From NCBI GenBank assembly GCA_963811315.1, contig CAWERH010000042.1:53247-117246 (forward strand): a stretch of DNA of 64,000 bases. Direction: 5' to 3'. Positions 20,333 through 30,864 of this stretch are shown here, one piece after another. Every line of letters begins with the position of its first letter. The first letter of the stretch is position 1. The notes under the pieces were generated by a model that was given only the letters and a program-made list of their open reading frames with translations, searched no databases and had not been told where the DNA came from. Source of the DNA: an uncultured delta proteobacterium (lineage in GTDB: Bacteria; Desulfobacterota; Binatia; UBA9968). Made by a program: the position numbers and the translations under genes.

Positions 20333-21676
20333 ATGGCTCCCGAAAACCTCACATTGCTGACCGACCTATACCAGCTCACCATGGCGCAAGCGTACTTCCG
20401 CGAGCAGCAGATGGGCGAGGCGACATTCAGTTTGTTTATTCGATCCTATCCACCCAATCGTGGATATTTCGTGTCGGCGGGCTTGACGGATGTCATAGAG
20501 TATCTCGAAGACTTCGCGTTCGACGCCAAAGCGCTCGATTACCTGGCAGCGCAGAAATTGTTTTCCGACGATTTTCTCCACTATCTTGCCGATCTCCGTT
20601 TTACCGGCCAAGTTTGGGCGATTCCCGAGGGACGGATTTTTTTTCAAGACGAGCCCGTGCTCGAGCTCACCGCGCCGATCATCCAGGCGCAAATCGCCGA
20701 GACGTTCATCATCAATCAGATCCATCTGCAAAGCTTGATTGCCAGCAAAGCCGCGCGCTGCGTTCACGCGGCGGGCGGACGGGCGGTGGTAGACTTTGCG
20801 CTGCGCCGGACCCATGGCACCGACGCCGGCATGAAGGTCGCCCGCGCGAGCTATCTCACGGGCTTTCACGGCACCAGCAACGTTCTCGCTGGCCTTCGTT
20901 ACGGTATCCCGATCGTCGGCACCATGGCCCACTCCTTCGTGTCGAGTTTCGAGAATGAGATCGACGCCTTTCGCGCCTATGTGGCAAGTTTTCCGAACAA
21001 TGCGATTCTCTTGATCGATACCTATGATACCCTCGCCGGCGCGCGCAACGCCGTTCAAGTGGCCAAAGAAATGGCCGCTCGCGGGCAAAAATTAATTGGC
21101 GTGCGCATCGACAGCGGTGATCTGGCCGCGCAAGCTCTAGCCGTGCGAAAAATTTTCGACGAAGCGGCGTTGGCCGAAGTGAAAATCATCGGCAGCGGCG
21201 GCCTCGATGAATTCGACCTCGCCGCGATGTCCGAATCGAATACGCCATACGACAGCTACGGCGTCGGCACGAAGATGGGCACGTCCGCGGACGCGCCCTG
21301 GACGGACATCTCGTACAAACTAGTCGAGTATCGAGCCCGGCCGATGCTTAAACTCAGCCCCGGAAAGATTAGCTGCCCGGGGAAAAAGCAGGTGTTTCGT
21401 CACCGCGACGGCCAAGGATACCTTCAACGCGATCTGATCGGACTGCGTGATGAAGAGATTGGCGGTGAAAGGCTGTTAAAAGAAGTTATGCGGAACGGCA
21501 AGATCACAGGGCCGCATCCGTCTTTGGCGGAGTGTCGCGCAATCTTCGCGGAGGAATTCGCATCGCTGCCGCAGGACGTGAAAGCGATTCGCAGTCCGCG
21601 ACGTTACGAGGTCAACTTGACCGCTAAATTGAAAAACTTGCGCGACGAGACGGCCGAAAAAATGGGTCGAAGTTGA
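20333..21676 (+). CDS. pncB: nicotinate phosphoribosyltransferase
   Basis: MAPENLTLLTDLYQLTMAQAYF.. is a typical NAPRTase N-terminus; also GTMAHSF. The upstream part of ORF 20183 was discarded. Confidence 0.85.
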   Translation: MAPENLTLLTDLYQLTMAQAYFREQQMGEATFSLFIRSYPPNRGYFVSAGLTDVIEYLEDFAFDAKALDYLAAQKLFSDDFLHYLADLRFTGQVWAIPEGRIFFQDEPVLELTAPIIQAQIAETFIINQIHLQSLIASKAARCVHAAGGRAVVDFALRRTHGTDAGMKVARASYLTGFHGTSNVLAGLRYGIPIVGTMAHSFVSSFENEIDAFRAYVASFPNNAILLIDTYDTLAGARNAVQVAKEMAARGQKLIGVRIDSGDLAAQALAVRKIFDEAALAEVKIIGSGGLDEFDLAAMSESNTPYDSYGVGTKMGTSADAPWTDISYKLVEYRARPMLKLSPGKISCPGKKQVFRHRDGQGYLQRDLIGLRDEEIGGERLLKEVMRNGKITGPHPSLAECRAIFAEEFASLPQDVKAIRSPRRYEVNLTAKLKNLRDETAEKMGRS

Positions 21677-21696
21677 AGCCAGAGAAAAGACCCGGG

Positions 21697-22689
21697 CTAG
21701 AATTTCACGACCGCCGCCCCCCAGGCAAAGCCGGCGCCAAAAGCATTCAATAAAACGACATCGCCGGCTCTGATCCGGCCCTGGCGCCGGGCTTCGTCCA
21801 ACGCGACGGGTATCGAAGCCGCAGAGGTGTTTCCATATTTATCGAGATTGACCATGACCTTGTCCATCGGCACGCCCAGCCGCTCGGCGAGGGCGACGAT
21901 GATCCGTTTATTGGCTTGATGGGGTATCACCAGCGAAACTTGCTCGATGCCGACACCGGCTTCCGCCAAGGCTTGCCGGCTGATCTCCTCCATCGAGCGC
22001 ACCGCAATTTTGAAGACTTCCTTGCCGTTCATGGCAATCGTGTGTTCGTTATTCCGCACCGTGTGCGGCGTCGTCGGTTTGAGCGAACCGCCGGCGGGAA
22101 CATAGAGAGCTTTGGCGTAGGATCCGTCGGTGCGCAATTTGGTGCTCAGAATTCCGGAACCGTTTTCCGAAGCTCCCAAAACCACCGCGCCGGCACCGTC
22201 GCCGAACAGAATGCAGGTGGCGCGGTCCTGCCAATTGAGCCAGCGGCTCAAAGTGTCGGAACCGACAACCAGCGCCTTATTGATCTTGCCCGAGCGAATA
22301 AAGGAATCCGCCACTGAGATGGCATTGAGAAATCCCGAGCATGCCGCTCCGACGTCAAAAGAGAACGCGTTGCGCGCGCCGAGCAAGTCTTCCAGCACAC
22401 AGGCCGAGCTCGGCATTAAATAATCCGCGCTGACGGTTCCCATGATGATGGCGTCGAGATCGTTCGGTTCGACGCCGGCGTCGTCGAGGGCGCGCCGAGC
22501 GGCTAGCAGTGCCATGTCGGCGTTGCCTTTACCTTCCTCGAGCACCCGCCGTTCTTTAATTCCGGTGCGCACGGTAATCCACTCGTCGCTGGTGTCGACC
22601 ATCTTTTCCAATTCGTGGTTGGTGACGATCTTGGCCGGGAGCTCGGAGCCCGTGCCGAGAATCACACTGCGCCTCTGCGAGCCGCTCAT
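21697..22689 (-). CDS. fabH: beta-ketoacyl-ACP synthase III
   Basis: AACSGF, HQAN and GNTSAAS catalytic motifs. The ATG overlaps the fabF stop (ATGA). Confidence 0.9.
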   Translation of the reverse strand: MSGSQRRSVILGTGSELPAKIVTNHELEKMVDTSDEWITVRTGIKERRVLEEGKGNADMALLAARRALDDAGVEPNDLDAIIMGTVSADYLMPSSACVLEDLLGARNAFSFDVGAACSGFLNAISVADSFIRSGKINKALVVGSDTLSRWLNWQDRATCILFGDGAGAVVLGASENGSGILSTKLRTDGSYAKALYVPAGGSLKPTTPHTVRNNEHTIAMNGKEVFKIAVRSMEEISRQALAEAGVGIEQVSLVIPHQANKRIIVALAERLGVPMDKVMVNLDKYGNTSAASIPVALDEARRQGRIRAGDVVLLNAFGAGFAWGAAVVKF

Positions 22690-23936
22690 TCGGCCCTCCG
22701 AAAGATCACGCAGGCGTTCGTGCCGCCAAAGCCAAAAGAATTGGAAAGCGCCACTTCGATGTCCGCCTTGCGCGCCTGGTTGGGAACATAGTCGAGATCG
22801 CAAGCCGGGTCAGGATGCTCGTAGTTGATCGTCGGCGGGATCATGCCGTGGTATAACGCGAGCGTCGAATACACGCCTTCCACCGCTCCTGCTGCGCCGA
22901 GCAAGTGGCCGGTCATCGACTTGGTCGAGCTCACCGCGACTTTGGCGGCTTGCTCGCCGAACACGGTCTTGATCGCTGTCGTTTCGTTGGCGTCGTTATA
23001 TTCCGTCGATGTGCCATGGGCGTTGATGTAATCGACATCGATCGGCGAAATACCGGCATCCTTGAGCGCCAAGCGCATACAGCGCGCCGCGCCTTCGCCC
23101 TCCGGCGCCGGCGCCGTCATATGATAAGCGTCCCCGGTAGCTGCATAGCCAATTACTTCAGCATAAATCTTCGCGCCGCGCTGCAGCGCGTGCTCCCGTT
23201 CTTCGAGTATCAAGATTCCCGAACCCTCGCCGACAACGAAGCCGTCGCGCTCCTTGTCGAAAGGACGGCTCGCCCGTTCCGGCTCGTCGTTGCGTGTCGA
23301 GAGCGCTTTCATCGCGGCGAAACCGCCCACAGCCAATGGTGTAATCGTCGATTCGGCGCCGCCGGCGATCACGGCTTGTTGTACGCCACGGCGAATCAAA
23401 TGATACGCTTCGCCAAGCGCGTGTGTGCCGGAAGCGCATGCGGACGTAGGCGTCCAATTAACCCCTTTAGCGCCGAAGCGAATCGCCACATGTCCGGGAG
23501 CTAAGTTTGAAATGACTTTGGGAATGAAGAACGGCGATATTTTGCGCGGTCCGCCAGCGATCAATGCCTCTTTGGTCTGCTCGATGGTATCGAGACCGCA
23601 CAAACCGACGCCGATAATGACGCCGACTTCTTCGGCAAACTCGCCCTCGATCTTAAGACCGCTGTCGGCCATAGCCATCGCCGCTGCGCCCATGGCGTAT
23701 TGGATGAAGAGATCCATTTTCTTGATCTCTTTCGGCTCGATAAAATCATCGGCCTTAAAGTCGGGCACCTCGCCGGCAATGCGCGATGCGAATGCGTCGG
23801 CGGGAAAACGCGTGATCTTGCGAATGCCCGAGCGGCCCGCCAGCAAATTTTCCCAATTTTTTTCGACGCCGGATCCTAATGGTGAAATTACACCTAGACC
23901 CGTGACGACAACTCTGTGCTGATCAGTTGTGCTCAC
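22686..23936 (-). CDS. fabF: beta-ketoacyl-ACP synthase II
   Basis: 416-aa intact ORF with SACASG, NAHGTST and GHLLGAAG motifs. Confidence 0.9.
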   Translation of the reverse strand: MSTTDQHRVVVTGLGVISPLGSGVEKNWENLLAGRSGIRKITRFPADAFASRIAGEVPDFKADDFIEPKEIKKMDLFIQYAMGAAAMAMADSGLKIEGEFAEEVGVIIGVGLCGLDTIEQTKEALIAGGPRKISPFFIPKVISNLAPGHVAIRFGAKGVNWTPTSACASGTHALGEAYHLIRRGVQQAVIAGGAESTITPLAVGGFAAMKALSTRNDEPERASRPFDKERDGFVVGEGSGILILEEREHALQRGAKIYAEVIGYAATGDAYHMTAPAPEGEGAARCMRLALKDAGISPIDVDYINAHGTSTEYNDANETTAIKTVFGEQAAKVAVSSTKSMTGHLLGAAGAVEGVYSTLALYHGMIPPTINYEHPDPACDLDYVPNQARKADIEVALSNSFGFGGTNACVIFRRAE

Positions 23937-24014
23937 TTTTCAATTAACCAATCTGTAATGGATTTGAAACGATAAAATAGATGAGTCGGCCCGGAGGGTC
24001 AATAGGATTTCACA

Positions 24015-25091
24015 TTATTGATATTTTTCATGAACTTGCTGAACTCGGCGGATGAGCGGTTCGATGCGGCTTCCAGCCAAATCAAATACAGCGCCGTCGC
24101 GCTCCCGACCGGCCTGCAGCGCCGCCAAAACCGCTGTGACGGAATTGCGCAAAGCCGCCAGGTCGTAACCGCCTTCGAGCAAGAACGCGATCCGCGCATC
24201 GGTGAATCGATCGGCGAGCGCAAGCAACCTTACCGCCATTGCGCCGAAGCCTTCTTCCGTGACGCCCATACCGCCAAGCGGATCGCGCCGGTGCGGATCG
24301 AATCCCGCGGATACGAGAATCCATTCCGGTTGGAATTTCTCCACCGACGGCACGACGATATCTTGAAACACTTGCAGGTATTCGGCATCGGCGCAGCCCG
24401 CCGGCAGCGGTACATTGACGGTGAATCCTTCGCCTGCGCGGGTGCCGACTTCCGTGACCGCGCCGCTGCCGGGATAGTAGGGATATTGATGGGTCGAAAT
24501 AAACATCACGCTGGGATCTTCATAAAAAGCGTCCTGCGTTCCATTGCCGTGATGCACGTCCCAATCCATGATCAACACGCGCTTGGCGCCGTGGGCGCGC
24601 TTGAGATATTCCGCGCCGATCGCGATGGTGTTGAACAAGCAAAAACCCATCGCGCGCTCGCGCAGAGCGTGATGCCCGGGCGGCCGCACCAGAGCGAAGC
24701 CGTTTTGAGCTTCGCCGGTGGCGATCGCATCGATGATGCGAAGCAATCCGCCGACCGCAAGCAAGCCGACGCCGAAAGAATCCCGACAGGTAATCGTGTC
24801 GCCGTCGAGCGCGAACTGGTTCATTTTGGCGGTCGATTCGACCAAGCGAACGTAATCGGGTTTGTGAATAAGCTCCAGTTCGCTGCGAGTCGCGGCCCGG
24901 GGCGGGACAAGCGTGAATTTATCCTGATCGAGTTTTTCCGTAACATCGAGCAAAGCTTGTATGCGCTCAGCGCGCTCAGGGTGCCCCTCTCCAGGAAAGT
25001 GTTTCAGGTAATCCTTATCGATAACCACGGCGCTCTTAGCCATAGAGGAAAAGGCTAGCATCTCGATGACGGCGCTGCAAAGCTTGATCAT
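24015..25091 (-). CDS. histone deacetylase-family amidohydrolase (AcuC / acetylpolyamine amidohydrolase-like)
   Basis: GHPERAERI, RPPGHHA, DWDVHHGNGTQ and EGGY motifs. The start is uncertain; Met at 25043 is also possible. Confidence 0.85.
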   Translation of the reverse strand: MIKLCSAVIEMLAFSSMAKSAVVIDKDYLKHFPGEGHPERAERIQALLDVTEKLDQDKFTLVPPRAATRSELELIHKPDYVRLVESTAKMNQFALDGDTITCRDSFGVGLLAVGGLLRIIDAIATGEAQNGFALVRPPGHHALRERAMGFCLFNTIAIGAEYLKRAHGAKRVLIMDWDVHHGNGTQDAFYEDPSVMFISTHQYPYYPGSGAVTEVGTRAGEGFTVNVPLPAGCADAEYLQVFQDIVVPSVEKFQPEWILVSAGFDPHRRDPLGGMGVTEEGFGAMAVRLLALADRFTDARIAFLLEGGYDLAALRNSVTAVLAALQAGRERDGAVFDLAGSRIEPLIRRVQQVHEKYQ

Positions 25092-25223
25092 CTAATTCAA
25101 TGAATCCCGGGATGGCTGCAACTGATTCCGCGTGATTCAAACCGCGATGAAAAAACCTCCATAGGTTAGTCATTCCTTCGACCCATGCTTGCCAAGCTGG
25201 GCAAAATCGCATAATTTATTTTT

Positions 25224-25493
25224 ATGTTCGGTATCGGCATGCCAGAGTTGTTATTGATCTTGGGGCTGGCCTTGATCGTGCTCGGCCCTAAAAAACTGCC
25301 GGAACTGGCTCGCGCATTGGGCAAAGGCATGGCCGAATTTCGCCGCGCTACGGATGAGTTGAAAGACGAGTTCAGACAAATGGAGCGCGAAATCGACGAC
25401 TCGTCGTCTGAGGTTTCCAAAGACGAACCTGTCATCGAGAGCCGCGTCGAACCAGCCGTTTCCAAACCCGCACCCGACCCTGAGAAAAAGTGA
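25224..25493 (+). CDS. tatA: twin-arginine translocase TatA/E family protein
   Basis: [42 protein letters not shown]. Confidence 0.85.
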   Translation: MFGIGMPELLLILGLALIVLGPKKLPELARALGKGMAEFRRATDELKDEFRQMEREIDDSSSEVSKDEPVIESRVEPAVSKPAPDPEKK

Positions 25494-26263
25494 GCCAGTC
25501 GGAAGGCCAAGGGCAGATTGCCGATGCCCAGATGCCCTTCACTTCTCATCTGGCTGAGCTGCGCTCGCGACTGATAAAAAGCACCGTGGCGGTGGCTCTC
25601 GCCTTTAGCGCCAGTTACGCCGTCGTCGAAAATATTTTTGCCGTGCTCGCCGCCCCGCTGCGGCGGATTCCGGTGGCCGGACTTACACTCATCGGCACGG
25701 CGGTCACCGAAGCGTTTTTCATCAAGCTCAAGGTTGCCTTCGTTTCTGCGGTTTTCCTCGCCTCGCCGATCCTTGTGTGGCAAGCCTGGCAGTTCGTTGC
25801 GCCCGGCCTTTACGAACACGAAAAACGTTACACCCGCAGCCTGGTTTTCGTCGGCACACTGTTCTTCGCTGCCGGCGCCGCATTTTGCTACGAAGTTGTG
25901 ATCCAAGAAGGATTGTTTTTTCTGCTGCGTCGCTACGAGGCGCTTGGCGTGCTGCCCTACCTGCAAATCGGCGACTATCTTTCGGTGGTCTCGCGCCTGA
26001 TGCTGGCGTTCGGCGTCATGTTCGAATTGCCCGTCATCGCTTTTTTCCTCGCCCGCATCGGCTTGATCGACCACCGCTTTCTGATTCGCCATAGCCGCTA
26101 CGCAATCATCGCGATCGCGCTCCTGGCGGCGGTACTGACCCCGCCCGATCTGGTATCCCAGGTTTTGCTGATGGTGCCGCTCGCTTTGCTCTACCTTTTG
26201 AGCATCGCGGTGGCCTATGTGGCGCGCTGGCGAATGAACCGGGCGGAGCGGAGAATGGAGTGA
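25490..26263 (+). CDS. tatC: twin-arginine translocase subunit TatC
   Basis: 257 aa with [12 protein letters not shown].. and six predicted TM segments. The GTG start overlaps the tatA stop. Confidence 0.9.
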   Translation: MSQSEGQGQIADAQMPFTSHLAELRSRLIKSTVAVALAFSASYAVVENIFAVLAAPLRRIPVAGLTLIGTAVTEAFFIKLKVAFVSAVFLASPILVWQAWQFVAPGLYEHEKRYTRSLVFVGTLFFAAGAAFCYEVVIQEGLFFLLRRYEALGVLPYLQIGDYLSVVSRLMLAFGVMFELPVIAFFLARIGLIDHRFLIRHSRYAIIAIALLAAVLTPPDLVSQVLLMVPLALLYLLSIAVAYVARWRMNRAERRME

Positions 26264-26327
26264 TGGAGTAATGGAATGGTGGAGTATTGGGTTTCCGACC
26301 CATCACTCCAGTACTCCATCACTCCAA
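26254..26327. repeat. long imperfect hairpin built from TGGAGTnn words (GGAGT family, copy 1)
   Basis: Left arm atggagtgatggagtaatggaatggtggagtattgggt, centre ttccga, right arm cccatcactccagtactccatcactccaatt. It lies between convergent tatC and pdaD and overlaps the tatC stop. Confidence 0.75.
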
Positions 26328-26398
26328 TTTGCTGGCTGTCGACGCTGAAGTGTTGTTTAAGACGAAGAAATCGCGACTAGGCCAGGCGTCCGATCTGG

Positions 26399-26950
26399 CT
26401 AGCTGTCGTCGTTGATGAATGCGCAGGCGGCGAAGACCGTGGTCCACAAGCCTTCTTTGTTGCCGATGGCGGATTGCGTGATGTTCGAAGTGCGCACGAT
26501 TTTGCCCGACATTTTAAACAAATTTTCTCTTTCGTCCCACGCGGTATCGGGGTCGAATTCGATACCGAGGGTGGTCGCCAGCATGCTCGCCGCTAAATCT
26601 TCGGCGTATTCGCCGGCTTTTTCTTCGGTCTCGCCGAAGGAGTGATGTTCGGATAAGTAACCGTGCTGCTCTTGGTCGGCGGGTATGGCCACACCGACCG
26701 ACGCCGCCACCAGACGGTTAGGCTCGTTGGTGCTCTCGCGATCATAGACGCAAAACACAATTTCCCCGGGACGCAGAAGTTTGGTGCCTTCTTCCTTGGA
26801 GATCCGTTTACATCCGGGAGGATAGATACTGGAGACCAATACTAAATTGCAGAACGCCAGCCCGGCCGAGCGTAACGCCAACTCGAACGACGCCAACTTT
26901 TCCTTATGGACGCCGACCCCTTTGGTGAAGAAAACTTTTTTCGGAATCAT
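26399..26950 (-). CDS. pdaD: pyruvoyl-dependent arginine decarboxylase
   Basis: [45 protein letters not shown], including the VSS self-cleavage site context. Confidence 0.85.
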   Translation of the reverse strand: MIPKKVFFTKGVGVHKEKLASFELALRSAGLAFCNLVLVSSIYPPGCKRISKEEGTKLLRPGEIVFCVYDRESTNEPNRLVAASVGVAIPADQEQHGYLSEHHSFGETEEKAGEYAEDLAASMLATTLGIEFDPDTAWDERENLFKMSGKIVRTSNITQSAIGNKEGLWTTVFAACAFINDDS

Positions 26951-27019
26951 GCTGCGGTGCTATAACATGAATGGAACTCGCGTGACAACATTTTGCTGTA
27001 AAATTAAGGTAACTGCGCA

Positions 27020-27523
27020 TTACTCGACGATCAGAAGAACCGCGCCGCCCTCCACGGTGTCGCCCGGTTTGACCTTGATCTCCTTTACTTCGCCGGCGAT
27101 CGGGCTGTGCACCTCGTTTTCCATCTTCATGGCTTCGACGATCGCCAAACCCTGCCCTTTTTCCACGACGTCACCCTCTGCGACGAGAATGGCAATCACC
27201 TTGCCGGGCATCGGCACCGAAACTTTCTGGCGCCCTTGAAGTGCTAAACCGGATTGCGCGCCGCCAACTCGCATGCGGCGCTCGTCGACCAGTTCGATGC
27301 GGTAACTACGCCCGTCGACCAAAACTCGGTACTCATCTTCGCTGTTATCGACTTCGATCTCGAAGGAACGATTATCGACGATCAACGAATAATTGGTCCG
27401 TCCGGTCTTCTTGCCGTCGACCAGGAACTCGTTACCGTCGACGGAAACCCGATAGACCGATTTTCCGGTCTCTTCGATTTCAACGGTATAGCTTTGCTCC
27501 CCGAGCTTGGCGATAAATGCCAT
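27020..27523 (-). CDS. biotin carboxyl carrier protein with N-terminal BT-like extension
   Basis: C-terminal EAMKMENEV biotinylation motif, and about 100 aa of beta-rich N-terminal extension. Met at 27523 follows the accC stop by 11 nt. Confidence 0.8.
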   Translation of the reverse strand: MAFIAKLGEQSYTVEIEETGKSVYRVSVDGNEFLVDGKKTGRTNYSLIVDNRSFEIEVDNSEDEYRVLVDGRSYRIELVDERRMRVGGAQSGLALQGRQKVSVPMPGKVIAILVAEGDVVEKGQGLAIVEAMKMENEVHSPIAGEVKEIKVKPGDTVEGGAVLLIVE

Positions 27524-27534
27524 CGATGAAGCCT

Positions 27535-29085
27535 CTAGGAACGCCGGCGACGCGGCGGCAGGGATTCGATGCGGCGCAGCGAATTTTTCTTGCCCTGCTC
27601 GCGCCACTTGGATTGCTCGGCCGCGCCTTTTGCAAGCAGGATCAACGTCCGCTCCTGTTCGCCGTGCAGGGCCGCGATGGCCGCCGACGCCAGCGCGATT
27701 TCTTTATGCGGAAACACTTCTTCCTTATTGATCACCCGATATTCTTCGTCGATAAAGCCGGTATTAAAGTTTCCCGACATAAAACGCGGGTGGCGCAGAA
27801 TCCATTGGTGAAATGAAATATTGGTCTTGATGCCGCGCACCTGATACTCGCGCAGCGCGCGGCGCATGCGCAGAATCGCCTCCACCCGGTTTTCGCCCCA
27901 GGTGATCAGCTTGGCGATCATCGGATCATAATAAATCGACACTTCCGCCCCTTCGTAAACACCGCAATCATTGCGCAACCCGAGTCCTTCCGGCAAACGC
28001 AGTCCTTCGATTTTTCCCGGGAAAGGCATGAAGTCATTTTCCGGATCTTCCGCATAGATGCGGCACTCGATGGCATGCCCGGTCTGGGTGATATGGCGCT
28101 GGCGCCACGGCAAATAGCCACCCGCCGCGACTTCGATCTGCGCCTTGACGAGATCGATGCCGACCACCCGCTCGGTCACGGCGTGCTCGACCTGAAGCCG
28201 GGTGTTCATCTCGAGAAAATAAAAATTCTGTTCTTGATCCAAAAGAAATTCCAAGGTGCCGGCGCCGACGTAACCGACCGCGCGCGCGCCCTGAATAGCG
28301 ATGCGGCCGATGCGCCGCCGGGTGCGGTCTTCGAGCCCGGGCGCCGGCGATTCTTCGATGACCTTCTGATGACGCCGCTGGATCGAGCATTCGCGGTCGT
28401 AGAGATGAATCACCCGGCCATATTTATCCGCGAGGATTTGAATCTCCACGTGGCGCGGCCGCTCGATAAATTTTTCCACGTACAGCCGCGGATCGCCGAA
28501 CGACGATGCGGCCTCCGAGCCCACCGCGCGATAGGCGGAAGAAACTTCGCGGCGCGAGCGCACCAGGCGCAACCCTTTGCCGCCGCCGCCCGCCACCGCC
28601 TTGAGCATGCAAGGATAGCCAATCTCTTCCATCGTCTGCAGAACTTCGTCCTCAGACGTTAAGATTCCGTCGGAGCCGGGCACCACCGGCACGCCCGCCG
28701 CCATCATGATATGGCGCGCTTTGACCTTATCGCCCATCTGATCGATGACTTCCGGCGACGGGCCGATGAAAACGATGCCTTCGTCTTTGCAGCGCTGCGC
28801 GAAGGCGGCATTCTCCGCCAGAAAACCATACCCCGGATGCACCGCTTCGGCGCGGCTTCTTTTACAAACATCGATGATGCGGTCCATTGCGAGATAGCTT
28901 TGCTTCGACGGCGCGGGGCCAATCGGGTAGGCGTAGTCAGCGTATTTAACGTGCAACGATTCGCGGTCGGCTTCGGAGTAGACCGCCACCGTTTCGATAT
29001 CGAGCTCGCGGCAAGCGCGCGCGATCCGCACCGCGATCTCGCCCCGGTTGGCGATCAGAATACGTTTAAACATGCGGAAAGGCAA
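27535..29085 (-). CDS. accC: biotin carboxylase subunit of acetyl/propionyl-CoA carboxylase
   Basis: 516 aa with MFKRILIANRGEIAVRIARAC and the ATP-grasp GGGGKGLRLV, plus about 60 aa of C-terminal extension. Confidence 0.9.
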   Translation of the reverse strand: MPFRMFKRILIANRGEIAVRIARACRELDIETVAVYSEADRESLHVKYADYAYPIGPAPSKQSYLAMDRIIDVCKRSRAEAVHPGYGFLAENAAFAQRCKDEGIVFIGPSPEVIDQMGDKVKARHIMMAAGVPVVPGSDGILTSEDEVLQTMEEIGYPCMLKAVAGGGGKGLRLVRSRREVSSAYRAVGSEAASSFGDPRLYVEKFIERPRHVEIQILADKYGRVIHLYDRECSIQRRHQKVIEESPAPGLEDRTRRRIGRIAIQGARAVGYVGAGTLEFLLDQEQNFYFLEMNTRLQVEHAVTERVVGIDLVKAQIEVAAGGYLPWRQRHITQTGHAIECRIYAEDPENDFMPFPGKIEGLRLPEGLGLRNDCGVYEGAEVSIYYDPMIAKLITWGENRVEAILRMRRALREYQVRGIKTNISFHQWILRHPRFMSGNFNTGFIDEEYRVINKEEVFPHKEIALASAAIAALHGEQERTLILLAKGAAEQSKWREQGKKNSLRRIESLPPRRRRS

Positions 29086-29171
29086 TAGGCGTTAGGCGAC
29101 AGGCACAGTCGAGCAACGTGAGATCACGGCATGCGTAATCCTCGTGCCTATCGCCTGTTGCCTCATGCCTT
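29079..29171. repeat. long imperfect hairpin built from AGGCnnn words
   Basis: aaggcaataggcgttaggcgacaggcac ..37 nt.. gtgcctatcgcctgttgcctcatgcctt, in the 88-nt gap between the co-directional carboxyltransferase and accC genes. Confidence 0.7.
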
Positions 29172-29173
29172 CT

Positions 29174-30724
29174 CTAGAGCGGAATATTGCCATGCTTCTT
29201 CGGCGGATTGTGATCCTGTTTATTTTTGAGCATTTCCAGCGAGCGGATCAGAGTCGGACGGGTATCTTCCGGGTAAATCAGCGCATCGATGTAGCCCGAC
29301 TCCGCTGCCTTAAACGGATTAGCGAAGGTCTCGCGGTAGTTGCCGACCAGTTCGTCGCGGGTCTTGGTGGAATCGCTCGCTTTCTGCAGCGCGTCGCGAA
29401 AGACAATACTAATCGCGCCTTCGGGTCCCATCACCGCGATCTCGCCGGTGGGATATGCAAGGTTGATATCGCCGCGAAGATGTTTGCTAGCCATCACGAT
29501 GTATCCGCCGCCGTAGGCTTTGCGGGTCACGACCGTAACTTTCGGCACCGTGGCTTCCGCATAGGCGTAGAGCAGTTTTGCGCCGTGACGGATGATGCCG
29601 TGATATTCCTGTTCGATGCCCGGGAGAAATCCGGGAACGTCGACAAAGGTGACCACGGGAATATTGAAGCAATCACAAAATCGAATAAATCGCGCCGCCT
29701 TCACCGATGCGTTGATATCCAGACAGCCCGCCAGATGCGCCGGTTGGTTTGCCACCAGCCCGGTGGTCCGCCCGCCCAAACGCGCAAAGCCGATGAGAAT
29801 ATTGCGAGCGAACTCAGGCTGCACCTCGTAGAAATAGCCTTCGTCCACGACGGCAGCGATAAGTTCTTTCATGTCGTAAGGCCGGTTGGGATTATCCGGC
29901 ACAAGATCTTTCAACGTTTTGTTGCGCCGTAGCGGATCGTCATTGGTCGCGCGAAACGGTGGGTCTTCCTGGTTATTGCTGGGAAGAAAACTGATCAGCT
30001 CGCGAATCATCAACAAGCAATCTTTTTCCGTGTCGGCGGTAAAATGCGCCACGCCGCTCTTGACGCTATGGGTTTCGGCACCGCCCAAGGCCTCCTTGGT
30101 CACCTCTTCGTGGGTAACGGTCTTGATCACATCCGGGCCCGTAATGAACATGTAGCTGTTGGTCTTCACCATGAAGATAAAGTCCGTGATCGCCGGCGAA
30201 TAAACCGCGCCGCCGGCGCAGGGTCCCATGATTGCGGTGATTTGCGGCACCACGCCGGATGCCATCACGTTGCGTTGAAAAATCTCGCCGTAGCCGGCGA
30301 GGCTGTCGACGCCTTCTTGAATGCGCGCGCCGCCCGAATCGTTGATGCCGATGATCGGCGCGCCGTTCTTCACCGCCAGATCCATCACTTTGCAAATTTT
30401 ATCCGCGACGACGCGGCTCAAACTGCCGCCGAAGACGGTAAAATCCTGCGAGTAGACGTACACCAGGCGACCATCGATGGCGCCGTACCCTGTCACCACC
30501 GCGTCGCCGAGAAATTTTTGTTTGTCCAGGCCGAAATCCGTGCAGTCGTGGGTGCGCAGGCGATCAAGCTCGACGAAACTGCCGTTGTCGAGCAAAATAT
30601 CGAGGCGTTCGCGGGCTAAAAGTTTTCCTTGTTCATGCTGGCGACGCGCGCGCTCTTCACCGCCGCCCGCTTCGGACTTCTCATTGAGGTCGCGAAGCTT
30701 GTCGAAATTATTGGTTGTGACCAT
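29174..30724 (-). CDS. acyl-CoA carboxylase carboxyltransferase subunit (propionyl-CoA carboxylase beta / methylmalonyl-CoA carboxyltransferase family)
   Basis: 516-aa intact ORF with GGARIQEG, GPCAGGAVYSPA and the C-terminal GNIPL. Confidence 0.9.
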   Translation of the reverse strand: MVTTNNFDKLRDLNEKSEAGGGEERARRQHEQGKLLARERLDILLDNGSFVELDRLRTHDCTDFGLDKQKFLGDAVVTGYGAIDGRLVYVYSQDFTVFGGSLSRVVADKICKVMDLAVKNGAPIIGINDSGGARIQEGVDSLAGYGEIFQRNVMASGVVPQITAIMGPCAGGAVYSPAITDFIFMVKTNSYMFITGPDVIKTVTHEEVTKEALGGAETHSVKSGVAHFTADTEKDCLLMIRELISFLPSNNQEDPPFRATNDDPLRRNKTLKDLVPDNPNRPYDMKELIAAVVDEGYFYEVQPEFARNILIGFARLGGRTTGLVANQPAHLAGCLDINASVKAARFIRFCDCFNIPVVTFVDVPGFLPGIEQEYHGIIRHGAKLLYAYAEATVPKVTVVTRKAYGGGYIVMASKHLRGDINLAYPTGEIAVMGPEGAISIVFRDALQKASDSTKTRDELVGNYRETFANPFKAAESGYIDALIYPEDTRPTLIRSLEMLKNKQDHNPPKKHGNIPL

Positions 30725-30864
30725 GAAGCAAATTTCCTTGGAGGCGAAATCAAATTCTTCCGCTAGCGAGTCGGGGCATCATAACAAACGCGCCTAGTGT
30801 GTCAACCAAATTTGCGCTTCGGTGAAGTGTAAGTTGCGCTTGGTAACGCTGCGCGTTAGTATGA

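Noticed and set aside
24018-25058. 346-aa plus-strand ORF
   Set aside because: It is an antisense shadow of the deacetylase-family gene, which has all its catalytic motifs on the minus strand.
25166-26092. 308-aa minus-strand ORF
   Set aside because: It is an antisense shadow of tatA and tatC.
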